A stretch of DNA of 64,000 bases, taken from contig CM102287.1 in NCBI GenBank assembly GCA_046563655.1, forward strand, positions 10,230,001 through 10,294,000. The letters run 5' to 3'. Source of the DNA: Yuukianura sp. NJ FZ-2021. Lineage: Eukaryota. Shown here in pieces: positions 26,664 through 38,512 of the stretch. The notes beneath the pieces are model-generated. The model had not been told where the DNA came from. It did not search any database and saw only the letters and a program-made list of their open reading frames with translations. Each line of letters starts with the position of its first letter. Within the stretch, counting starts at the first letter, position 1. Position numbers and translations under genes: made by a program.

Positions 26664-28282
26664 TGAAGGTCATGACCTTGGAGGTTCCCCCACTCCATCG
26701 AATGTCAACATGTCACATGACCACTAAGTGAGTGTATCCTGGACATCCAAGACTGTCAACTCTGATTTCCAATTCTTTTGTTGTGTCACATGACAATGGT
26801 TGTCTCGACCAGTCATCCTCACTTTCCATTCCAGTGCTAAGAGTTGGTGGAGGAGCTTCCTACAAAACCAAAAACAGTCCGCTTTTTAGTTAGAACCAAA
26901 AAAGTGTTGTGCTCAAAGTTTAGTCAAGAAATTCTGTGCTCTGCGTACAACGGACTTCCCGAATAAAGTTGAAATTGTTCAAGTTCAGTTGAGTTCCGAG
27001 AGTTGTAGCGAGCAGACGTTCGTCTTTCCCTTCACTTCTCACTTGGCAACAGGAACCCGCAGCGCCTGTAGGAATAGCACCACATTCCTCTCCCTCCTCT
27101 GCACCAATTCAGCGATTCAGTGGACTGGAACAACAAAACTTTTGTTTTCATTTGAACAAACATCGAGAGACTGTTCAGTTTATTTTAAGCTCTTTGCCTC
27201 ACCTCCTTCCGATCCGATCCACATCATCACCTGTTACGATCACCAGATCACCATTTCATCACTTCCTCCCAGATCTGTGCACATTCTGCTCATCATCTCA
27301 TCATCCGACTAATGATCGCTGCTCTAGATTCCAACTTATCGCTGCTCCTCTTCCAGAATCCATAGTGTTTAGCACTCTCCGTCCCCGTGCTGTCCACCTA
27401 AGCACACAAAATTATTCATTAGCTCAAAAGTGGACATGAAACACATTTTTCCATTGACTTTGAGTGTGAGTTGCCATGCAGAGGCATAACTCTACCACAA
27501 CTTTAATTGTCTTTTCCTAATTAGTCAACTCACAAAAGTCCTTGTGTTAATTACAATTAAAACTTTTACTTTTGTGCCTTACCTTTCCACTGGTTCGACT
27601 AATCATCAAGTGACCAAAAAAACGTCGAAGGTTTCGTCCACGTCGTTATTGGTTTTGGCATCCGTTCGGTTTTCCGGTTTCTGTTCAGTTGCGGTTTTCT
27701 AAAAAGAGAAAAAATTAATTATTGAATCACAAAGTTTCAAAGTTGACACATCGAGCAAACACTAAAAAGTGAAAGTGGAACACAAACTCAATTAATAATT
27801 AAACATCCACTCGTCACTTTTTGTGAACAAGTAGAGATTTACACTTCAAACAATTCAAACAGTGTCGTCCACTTTGTTGACGTTGGACAAGGACCTACTT
27901 TGTCACTCTTCTGGACAACTAGAAAATAGTGAATTTTTGAAATTGAACTTTTGAATTTTTGGAAAAGTGCCTTTTGCAAGAGAGACCACACGTCGCCCTG
28001 CTAATCATTTTGTCCTCTAAAATTGTACGCAACAAAAAACAAGTTAGAAGCAAAAAGTTGCTTGACCAGAAACCAGTTTCCAACGTTGTAGTCGGACTGT
28101 GCTAAACATAAGTCTTGGACCACACGTCTTCGTCACATGACGATAGACTTTATAGTCTCTTAATCTAAGACCATCACACTTCAATTTAAATCCACCATCA
28201 TCAATCTAAGATCCTCATTACCTTACAGATTAATCAATCTCGGCCTTTGTTACCGTGCGGACTACAATCCAAGAGAGAAGCC

Positions 28283-30110
28283 ATGAGCAGCGAATCAGCC
28301 AAGGCAGTCAACTTGTCCAGTTCTTCACCTTCAAGGTCATCGCCATCCCCACCCCCGATCATCAACCCCCCTCCAGGCTCTGGGGGTGACTTCATTAGTC
28401 TCAGCTCACTCAACATCAACGAATCGATGACCCCCAGTGACCTGTCATCGTCCACGGTCCACACGATGCCTGTCCCGCGTCCTGTCACGGCCCCTATTCG
28501 CAGTTCGTCACCACCCAACGGAACTTCTTACGACGGAACTCCAACTCCAGTCCAACCCAAACTCAAGTCAATTCTGCCCTCTTCTACGACTTGCGTCCAC
28601 ACGCCGTGTTACTGGTAACAAAACAAAAACAAAATTAAAAAATTTAAAATTACATTCATTTTCAGAAACTTAAGAAAAAGTACCGTATGTCCCACATTTC
28701 CTTTTGAATTCGAGAAAAGCGTCAGTTCTCGCCATTTTCTAAGTAAAAAACAAAAAACATAGTTTCAATTCCCATAAGTTTCAGTTTTTCTTTTTTCAAA
28801 AAAAGAAAAACCAATTGGGGTGAATTCATCCGGGACACTTTCCGGAGGAATTGAACCGAATTTTGCTTCAACTTTAAGAAGAACGCTAGAAAACGAAAAT
28901 CGAATTTTCTGATTAATTTTTCAAATGGTTCCTTACGCCATAAAAATCTCCAAAAAAAGTAGAATGTGGGGCATCTGGTTTAGATTTTACGACTTTTCAT
29001 CAACCTGTAATTTAAGAAAAACGTAATTTTAGATGAAAACGTTGATAATGATTTTGCTTGTTAGCCAAAAATGTTTGGCACTTACGAAAAAGAAGAAGTT
29101 AGATTTGTTTGAAATTTAAAATCCTGTTTGACTTGTTTTGATTTTTAGTGAGGAGAATATCTGGTTGCTTTGTGATAAAATCCGATCAGAGTACGCGACA
29201 GAGTTGGAGCACTGCATTGTCGCTTTCATTTCCAATCCAAAACGAATGGTTCCACTCTGGAGTCAAAAATCTGGAAAGACTGAAGACAAGTTAGTCATTT
29301 GGGTAACAAAATAATATAAAATTCGCATTTCAAAAAAGTCAAAAATTAAAAAGTTGACCTTTGACCTTGATTCTGTTTAAATTTGAAGGACTACCATGTG
29401 ATCCTGCTCTACAATCCTGATGATCGATGTGTTGTTTACGATTTGGACTCTGACTTGCCCTTCCCAACACATTTTCACAAGTATGTTACAGAGACGTTTC
29501 GAACTGACAACTTTCTGCAACCCGAGTACCATCGATTTCTGAGGATCCTTCACGGTAAACTACATAAGTGGATTTTGATTCACTCCTCCCTCCTCCTCCT
29601 CCTCCCGGAGGAGGAGGGGTGGGGAGGACCTCACTTTGATAGAATGTCAAATGTAATTTAAACAAATCACTTTCTCCAGCATCCGACTTTCTTCGTCTCT
29701 TTTCCTCTGATCGGACTCACATGACCAAAGAAGATGGCACTTTCCTCCACCCGCCGCCCCCTTACCCCCCAATCTGCAAAAATTCAAGTAAGTTACAGTT
29801 TCCTCAATTTTTCAACATTTTGAATCCATTTTAGAGAAGGTTGGACTTACATTGGGTTTGGCACAATGTGGTTTGCATGTTACGCTGAACCCACCGTAGT
29901 GAATGTCAAGTCGTGAGCGGAAATGAGAGATTTGCGGAAAGTGGCTTGGCACGGGCGGAACGCAAGGATAATTTGGCCTAATGAATTCCTTTCTGCACAG
30001 TTAATAACCTGGAGGAATTTCTGGACATGACAACTGGAACGAAGACGGAGTACGGAGAGGTGCTGCCTTTGATGGACTTTGTGCGCAGATTCTTCAAGAG
30101 ACGCCTGTGA
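28283..30110 (+). CDS. NTAQ1: Protein N-terminal glutamine amidohydrolase with long S/P-rich N-terminal extension
   Basis: HTPCYC|EENIWLLC, VAFISN, VIW|DYHVIL, VYDLDSDLPFP, FSSDRTHM, PPPPYPPI; stop TGA at 30108-30110. Confidence 0.95.
29844..29973 (+). ncRNA. Candidate H/ACA-like snoRNA in the last NTAQ1 intron
   Basis: Hairpin 29844-29912, ANANNA box (AAATGA 29921-29926), second hairpin 29932-29965, ATA at 29968-29970; ~130 nt in total. Confidence 0.3.
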
Positions 30111-32261
30111 CCTCTGCAAGTCCACGGTCCACCGTCACCGCGGCGGTGAAGGACAGAAATCAGGTCACTCTGGTTGGATTTATAGTTGGAGGAGAGTACA
30201 AGTTTAGGCCTTATTACTTCATAACCTAAAAACAAAATCAACAATTAATTCTCTTTCAAAAAAAAGTTAGGTTAACGTTAGGACTAAAAAGCTATGTAAT
30301 TCTCAATGTGGCTTTTCTGGATCTGCAGTGCTCGTTCACTCTAACTTTCTCTGTCCAAAATAATCTCGGCTCTAATTGACGCAATCTCTAAACAAATCTA
30401 AAAATCTAATTTTTTATTCTAAGGCTATAATTATCAATTTTCTCCTCACTTTGCTTAAGTTGCCATTTTGCAAAAAAAAAAAAGTGGAGAAAGTACAGAT
30501 TTTGATCCATTTTGCCAAAAAAAAAAGAAGAGAAAGTGCGGATTTCGATCCATTTTGCGAAAAACGGGATAGAAAGTGCAGATTTGCATCCATTTTGGAA
30601 AAATTGGCAAAAGGAAAGGGCGTTTTAGAATTTTGAGCGCATACAACACCATCACTTTCAATTTTGGATGGTGTTCCACTTAAAGCGTTCCGCATATTTT
30701 CTCATTTCGATCTAACGCTTGTCAGTGAAGGATCTTTCAAAATCGATCCGAACAAAAATAGTTTCTTGAAAAAAGAAAAACAAGAAGTTAATTTCAAATC
30801 TGCTTTCTTCTTGTTTTTCACATTTTTTCAATTTAAAAAAAATAATGGCCTAAAAGAAGAAAAATGAAAATTTGAAAACTTTTACGAAAGAATCTCTTGA
30901 AAGTCGGTTAAAAAATTTCACGATTCAATTACGGAAAAAAAATCTAAGATTTTAGTTTCAAGAATTTTACGCGGCCTAAAACTTTAACAGCAGCCTAAAT
31001 GACTTGGATAATAATTTCAAAAAAAAACGAAAGAAATTAAAATTTGAAATTTAAAAATTTCACAAAAGAACCACACTTACATTAGGTATTTGAGATTTTG
31101 ATTGTTAAAAATTATTTAAGTTAAACGAAGTTTTAAGAAAGAAACGTAAATAAGCGGGCCAAAGTAGGTGCAAAATTTTAAAAAATTTAGTATTTTCAAA
31201 ACACGATTTAATTTGGTAAAATATTTTCAAACAGTGGCTTTTAAATGCATGTCCAAATTGTAAAAAACGTCTTTTTTGTGTCAAAATGTTCAATTTTAAA
31301 TTTAAATCCTTGCCTGTACTAACAAATTTTTGGTTTTGGAAAATGAAAGACAAAAACAAACAGTTTTTTCCTCTTTTTAAAAACAAATGCTTCAATTTTT
31401 TCAAAACTGAAACTAAACCTTATGACAGAATGTGTTTGTTATTTTTTCCAGCCATGCTCCCTTCTTCTTAAAATTTTTTACTCAATTTCATCAATCAATC
31501 ATGAAAAATGATGCGGGCTGCGTTGTGTCTTTTCTAAATGTTTAGTTATTGGAAAGTGCAAAAAAAAAGTTCTGAAACTGTGATTTCATTTTTGGTTGCT
31601 CACTATTAAAAAGAAAAGAAAATCACAAACGGAAGATATTAACCATGTTAAAATTAAAACTAATTGTTTAGTTAAAAACGAAATGTATACGTTGTTTTAG
31701 TTAAAAACAGACTAGGGTGCAGGGGATCTGAACATGTTATTCTAAAACTATTTTTAAGTTTTTGACTCACTTATTTAGAAAATGTTGGGTGAATGAACTT
31801 ACTGTATAACTGGGAGCATGTCTATTTTTAATTCTAAAACTACGTACGCTTACCACAGTTTTATTTTAACTTTAACTTTAAATCTGAATCATAATTAATC
31901 TAAAATGTACCAAAAATTAACTACAATCGTTCTAAAAACTCTTATTCAAAGTCTTATGTAAAAACCAGAAAAAAATCAAATAAATCATGAACTATCACAG
32001 AAGTTTCCTCATGTCATCCTCCATGCAATGAAAAATGGGCTTCCGTGAAACATATGAAGGTCAAGAGGTCATTCGACACCCGTTGCCTTGGCGACGGAAC
32101 TTCAACCATGACAACCAAAACAACCATTTGAATCTGTTACTTTTCAATTACCCTGATTGATCATTTTCGTTCCTATTTCAAAATTGAAAGGAAAGGAATT
32201 GGCTTACCGCATAAAGTGTCGGCGAAAACGAAGTCCTGACCTGACGTTGGATAGGTTCAAG

Positions 32262-34300
32262 ATGGCCGACAACTCTGTCCCGAGTGGACAAGATCCAAGT
32301 AGTACTGGCAGTAGTATTGGCAGTACTGGCACAGCAGTCCAAGAAAAAACTGATTCAAAAGAGGTCAAGGTCACAGTTGTTGACCTCGACGAATTCGAAA
32401 AAATAAAAAACGACGATGACAAAGAAGAAAAAAGGTAAATTTAGTTGAAGTAAGGTTTAGCGGAGCACTTGCATCCACACTTTGTAGCCACTGCGCTCAT
32501 TTTTCCTAGCTTGGCTGCAATTGTTGGCTACACCATGGTGGCAACATTTGTAGCCACTTTAATTTAACATAAAGTGGCAACGAAAGTAGCCTTTAGCGTA
32601 GCCACCCATTGTAGCCACAGAGTGGCTACACTCTGCGGGACTGAATATTTGGTTAAACCTTATGCCAACCAGAAATTCAAATTTTTTCCCGCTGATTTTT
32701 TTTTTGAAAAATCTGCCGCCTTTTTGTCTCATCGGGGAAGACTAATCCTCGGAATTGCCGATTCTTACAGAAATGATGGAGCCTGCGTAGAAAATCCCAA
32801 TGTGTCACCTGCTTTGTCAACAACATTCTATCGGAAAGCAAGATCAGGTCAAGAGGTCAGCGAAGGTCAGCCAGAAGACGTGTCTGGGTCTCCTGGACCT
32901 TCTAATTCGATGAGCTCTCCAGGAAAAGTGGACTTTCCGACGAAAATCAAACGTATACTGAAAGGACGGGGAAGTTACCAGCGTGTCGCTCCGGATCCGG
33001 ATCGTCAAAAAAGTAAAACCGGTTTGTTGGCAACCGGTTCGACAACGAGCAGTTGTGTCCAGCAGGCGGCAGTTGTTTCTGGAGGGCCAGCCAAGGACCA
33101 AATCGTGTATACTGTTCAAACAACAAATAACAATTTGAATGACAACTTCATCGATGCTCCATCAAGCACCGTCGTATGCAATCGCTGTCCAACTCATAGA
33201 ACTGGAAGTGTCGACAGCTATGAAGAAGTATGTCGTATTTGCCACGACAATTCCACGACCGAGCCATTCATTACACCCTGCATGTGCAAAGGTTTAAAAC
33301 AACTTGATATACACAAGTCTCAATTACTAATTAAGTAGTAATTAACACTGATTGATTTTTAGGTTCCATGGGCCTCGTGCATCAACGATGTCTGGAGCGA
33401 TGGCTAGGAGAGTCAGCCAAAACAATTTGTGAAATATGCGGATACGAATATGTGACAGAGCGTCGTCCAAAGGTAAATATTTCAATGGAAATTGATTACT
33501 CAAAACAAACGTGTTTCTGTTTTTCCAATTTTAGTATCGAGGATGTTCCAGTGTGTGGAGTTGGGTTCGGAATCCCATTAATCCGCATGACACCAAAAAC
33601 CTTTTCTTTGATGTCGCCTGTTTCTTTGTTCTGACTCCATTGGCCTGTGTTTCGGCTTGGCTATGCGTTATAGGATCAGAACACTACGCAACTGCCGCCC
33701 AAGTAACAACCAAAAACGTTTTCAAAACGTTTTCAAATATTCATGATTTCTGTGTTTAGGAACGTTACAAAGAAACTATGAGCAACAATCGCTGGAATCG
33801 CTACCGTCAATTCCAAGACGCTTCCAATTCTACTTGGACTTCAGTTGGCTTGGTCTGCCCAATTTAATTTCATTTTTTTCTGAAATTTTCGAAAAACGGT
33901 TAAAATTGGCGTTTTATTGACGTTTCAGTTGACTTTGACCGGAACCCTTCTGACTGCTTACTACATTTGGTTGTTTGTGGCCTTTCGTTACCACTACCAA
34001 GTTTGGAGAGACTGGCAAGGTCGAAACTACCAAGTGACAGTACTGCCCGTAACTCCAGACATTGTACGTGCCCATGAAGAAAGTTCAAATGCTGCTCGAA
34101 ATACTGGAGGTACTCGTCGTGGTGAAGACGTTACGGTTGTGATTAACATGGAGCAGCAACGGGAGGGAGATGCTGGGTCAAGTAGCAGCAGCAGTTGCAG
34201 TAACGACGGCGCAGGTCAAGCCTCAATCAACACTTTCAATAACAATTTAGTAGTGCAAGGAGAGGAAACCCAAGAAATTACTTCGACACAAAGTATTTGA
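32262..34300 (+). CDS. MARCH2/3-like membrane RING-CH E3 ubiquitin ligase
   Basis: CRICHD..FITPCMCKG|SMGLVHQRCLERWL..CEICGY (C4HC3); TM1 DVACFFVLTPLACVSAWLC; TM2 followed by FRYHYQVWRDW. Confidence 0.92.
32453..32660. mobile_element. Non-autonomous TIR element (AGG...CCT ends, TA flanks), copy 1
   Basis: TA-aggtttag ... ttaaacct-TA; internal reiterated GTAGCCAC/GTGGCTAC motifs; related copy at 52865-52979. Confidence 0.7.
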
Positions 34301-34709
34301 AAACGGAAGAACGAAAAACTAACAAAGTTAGTTTTATTTCCTATGATTTTATGGTAAGTTGGATTCAAAATTTTGAAAAAATAAATGCTTGAACAATATT
34401 TGCTTTGCAATTGCTTTGCTTTCTTCCTCTAATTGCTCAAATCTTTTTATTCCTCTCGCCTGTGCTGCTTAAATTGCCGAATCCCGGTTTTGCTTCGGTG
34501 GCGTGTGAGTTGGCATTTTTTTTTACTTTGGCTCTTACCATCACTTTGTATTTTTTTGTAGAGGCAGAACGAGAACAGATGTTTTGACATTTGACATCTC
34601 CAGTAGTTCATCATACTTCAACATTCCTCTTTTTGTGTTGCAGAGGTCAAAGGTCAAGGTCATCTCGACGTTGTCATTTCGTTTTGGAGCTTACTAAACT
34701 ACAGCTAAA

Positions 34710-35952
34710 ATGGTTGACCTCACTGACGGATCCTCAGGTGGTTTACTGGAGCATGGATTCAATAACTACGTCTTCGTCATAGCCGGCCTCATCGTCTTTA
34801 CCTCAATGGGTGAGTTAATTAACTTCACAATTAACTAAAAATTAACATAGTTAACTAAACTAACTTTACTTCAAATTGTGTAATTTGTGTAGCTATTAGG
34901 TACTGAAGTAATTGAATTGCTACTTAAGCAGCAGCGATAGCCGATTTATCCTGTAGTCTGTTAGATGTCAAGTCAGAGGTCAATGTCAATTCTCAAGTCA
35001 GAAAATTTAGCTTAGATTATTGCAAAAGTTTGCAAATTTTGTTATCAATTGTGCAGAGATCCAAAGTTTAAGTTTAATACAAAGTTTTAGTTTTAGATGA
35101 TAAGTGGCATCTGTAAATTGTGAATGTGGAGTCCAGATTCTGGAGTGTATTGGTGTTAGTTCCAGTTTCTGCTTGTGTCAACATTGCAGAATGCCCATGT
35201 CAACTACTGGATGATAAAATGAAGAAGAGCAGATAATCACTGCCACGTCGATCCACCGATCAAACACGCTGTAGTTCCATCTGGAACCACCGCAACAGTT
35301 GACATACCGTCCTCAACTCCATCAGCTGACAAAAGTTAATTAAGAAGATCAATTAATCAAGGAAATCAGTTGAAGTGACCATGGCAGCCGATTTGGACTT
35401 GGACTTGGACAATTTGATGAAGAATGCAGAGGGAGCTGCTGAAAATCCGGAAATGATGCCGTCCGAGGAGCAAATCAAGGAATACATCCAGAAACTGCAG
35501 GCACAAATGACGGCCAGAGCTGTCACCGCCCCGGGCGCCTCCATTCCGTCATTCGTCTTCATCATTGCCTTCATTCTCTTCTTTTCTGCCATTGGTAAAC
35601 TTTAGAAAACAACCCCGGTTTCAAATTCAAGTTTCAAACAGAATTTTCAAACAAGGTTTTGAATTTTTAAAAGACGGGAGTTTGAAATTGGATTGTGTAG
35701 GAAGCATGCAATGCTGTGAATAGTTTATGCTAAGAGCTACTTTTAGGTTTTAAGGATTTGGGTTAGTTCTAGGATAAGGATAAGTGGCTAAGTTTTCATA
35801 ATTCAAAAATTTCTGAAAATTTACAAAATTTTGAAGTTTTGATGTTTTATGTTTCAGGGTGGTTCAGCTACAAATTAATCAAGAGTCTTTCAGACAAGGA
35901 GCGGAAGAGAGAGGAGAAGCGGAAGCTCAAGGAACTGAAAAAGAAGAAATAA
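34710..35952 (+). CDS. Small single-pass membrane protein, isoform A (64 aa)
   Basis: Exon 34710-34809 (MVDLTDGSSGGLLEHGFNNYVFVIAGLIVFTSM, donor GTGAGT, phase 1) joins exon 35858-35952 (GWFSYKLIKSLSDKERKREEKRKLKELKKKK*). Confidence 0.65.
35381..35952 (+). CDS. Small single-pass membrane protein, isoform B (102 aa)
   Basis: Exon 35381-35594 (MAADLDLDL...IPSFVFIIAFILFFSAI, donor GTAAAC, phase 1) joins the same exon 35858-35952. Confidence 0.75.
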
Positions 35953-36352
35953 ATTGGGACTAACTTAATCAAGCCAATCAATCAATCATCCATTAATCAT
36001 CAAGCATCATTCAATTCAATTAGCAACTACACTGGACTCATGTCTCTCCAATCACAAGCCAAATCTTTCAGTCTTCGTCAACCTTCCAGGAATTCTGCAA
36101 ATTCCAGCCATCGGAACTCCAATTCCAAAGATTTAGTTAAATTCTTATTTTTCTTTACATAAAGTTCTAATGCCCACTTTTGTTTCATTTCCAAGAAACT
36201 GGAAGTATGAGCAGTCTTCGCAGAAATAAAACCAAGGTCAAGGGTCATCGTCTTCAAAAGGTCAAATTCCAAAAAACTACAAATTTAATATGAAATTTAG
36301 AGTATAATACAAGTCAAAAGGTCAAAGGTCATCTTTTTCAAAAGGTCAAAGG

Positions 36353-38512
36353 TCAAAATGGACAGTCTTTGGTGGGATCGTTGGGATCCGTGTAGCACTC
36401 GAGCTGTTCTGCGTCGTCCTTGGGCACTTCCTTCTTCGTCATGTCTTGGATTCCTCTTGCGTCGACGCAGTAGCACTTTGACGCAGTGCATTGCCATGTT
36501 CGGAAGTTCCCGGAAGGACAGCACTTGGGTTTGCCCGAAGTGTCGCCCATGAAGTGTCTCATTCGAGCACACAAACATGTCATCTCTGGAGGTGGCTCAA
36601 GCGGAGGCTTAGTGCTGCTCACTTTGGTCTTTCCGAAGTTTTCAATTTGGTTTCCATTTGGATCTGTGCAGATCCAGGAGCTCGTTCGTGATTGGACGGC
36701 GGCGTAGTTTCCATCGGGGGAGCACCGCGGCAAATCACCAATCAAAATGTCAGAAATTCCTTCAGATTCGGATTCGTATATTAAAGTGTCCAGTTCTCCT
36801 CTGGCCAGTTCGCACTGCCTCACGTACTGCTCGTTATGGTCGTACAGGGTCTCGTTATCTAACAATTTCAAATTTGAACTTTTTTGAAATTTTTTCAAAA
36901 TTTTGAAAAAACTTACAGCAAGGTAAAGTTTTCATTTGGGACATGCTGACGACCTCATCAGGTTTCATGTGGCAGTGACAAGTTCGTTGGCGAAGGGAGC
37001 ACTGCAGTGGGTCGTAGTCTCCGTTTGGTAAACAGTGCGGTCCAGTTTCAAAAATTCCAAACGATTCCAGTCTTTGAACGTGTCTCGAACAAGCTAATTT
37101 TCAAAATTTTGAAAAATGAAATTTTGAAAAAGTCCCAAGTTTTTGCAGATCTTACCACAATCTCCGATTTCCCCTGAGGATGCCATCCCCCATAGGTCTT
37201 TCCCATCGTCCGTCATACAAATGCATCTGGAAAACAAAATTTCAGAATTGAAAATTTTAGAAAAAGACTCTTTTTTTTCAAAATTTTGAAATTTTGAAAA
37301 ATTTACACTGAAGATGCTGCTAGACACTGACGAGCGCTGTACTGGCCTCGAGCGTTGCAGTGTGGACGCCAATCAGCGATTCCAGTCGTTCCGTCTTGTT
37401 CACGCTTATGATATCCGTCCAAAACTTCGCTGCAAGTCCCTGACCTACTCACTAAAAAAATTTCAAAATTAATTTGGTTTTTGAAAATTTCGAAAACTAA
37501 AATTTTCTAAAAACTGAAATTTTTATTGCCACAACTCGATGCCTTTAAAAATTAAATGTTTTTGTCGCTTGTCCTACACCAGAAACAAAGTTTGTAAATA
37601 TTTAAACTGCGGGAAACCACAGCACAGGAATTTTTTTAACTTTCACTTTTTCAAACTTTTGATGAGATTTTGAAAAAGTGGAAGTTCGAAGTTAATTTCA
37701 TTTGTTTTCAAAATTTTGATTTTAGTGAGCTTAGTAAAAAAAAATTGGAATTTTTAATTGCTGCAACTAGACGCCGCATAAAAAATAATTACATTCTTCC
37801 TTCATTTTAAATCAGAGAGGACTTGGAAGTAATAAATAAAAATTCAACCGGCGTGAAGATATAGCGAATAAACATTGTTTTTTGAACATTCAGTTTTTCA
37901 TAATTTTGAAGAAATTTTGAAAACATATAAGTTCAAAATTCGAGTTTGTTTTTTTGCAAAATCTCTAAAGTAATTTTACGAAAAACTGAAATTTTTATTG
38001 TTGCAACTAAAGGCTGTGTAAAAATTAATTATTTTCTTCTCAGATTTTAAAGTAAAAAAGAACTTGGAAAAATAAAATAAAAATTGAAGAGGGGTGGAGA
38101 TATAGCAATGAAATCAATGTTTGTTGAGCTTTCACTTTTTCAAAATTTGTTCAAAATTTTGAAATTTGAAGTTACTTGTTTGGCATGTATGTATGTCTCC
38201 GTTTGGTTTGCATTCAAGGAGTGGTCCACACATGACATTGGGCAATGCAGAAGATGCTGTTCGACACTCCCGCCCCTCCTCCAAGTATTCAAAGCAGTAA
38301 TCGCAGCAGTTGCAATTTTCTGGATTCAGAAAAGTCCGAAATCCAATGGTTTTGCATTCCGGAATCTCCGTGCACTCGATCTGTTTGTCCACGCAGTACT
38401 TGGCGTCACACCGAACGGATTCCCTTGGATCACTTTGACCTTTGACCCGCTCAAGGTCAACCAGCACAAGTAGCACCACTATTCGCAAAATTCCCGATTT
38501 CCAAAGAAACAT
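36353..38512 (-). CDS. Secreted thyroglobulin type-1 repeat protein
   Basis: Signal peptide MFLWKSGILRIVVLLVLV; repeats P.C...G.Y...QC....C.C.D..G (PRCSPDGNYAAVQ..WICTDPNG, PKCCPSGNFRTWQCTASKCYCVDARG). Confidence 0.85.
37510..38130. repeat. Degenerate tandem repeat, ~235-240 bp period, about 2.5-3 units
   Basis: Units start near 37511, 37742 and 37983 with aaa(c/t)tg(a/g)aatttt(t)attg...caact; ga(c/a)cttggaa and gatatagc recur. Confidence 0.65.

Noticed and set aside
29910..29978. U11 snRNA similarity (gtcgtgag, gagattt, ataatttgg)
   Set aside because: Lacks the U11 5' end and spacing, and the Sm site is too short.
30376..31471. K/F/N-rich ORFs of 60-100 aa here and in many introns
   Set aside because: Artefacts of A/T-run-rich non-coding DNA with TTG/GTG starts.
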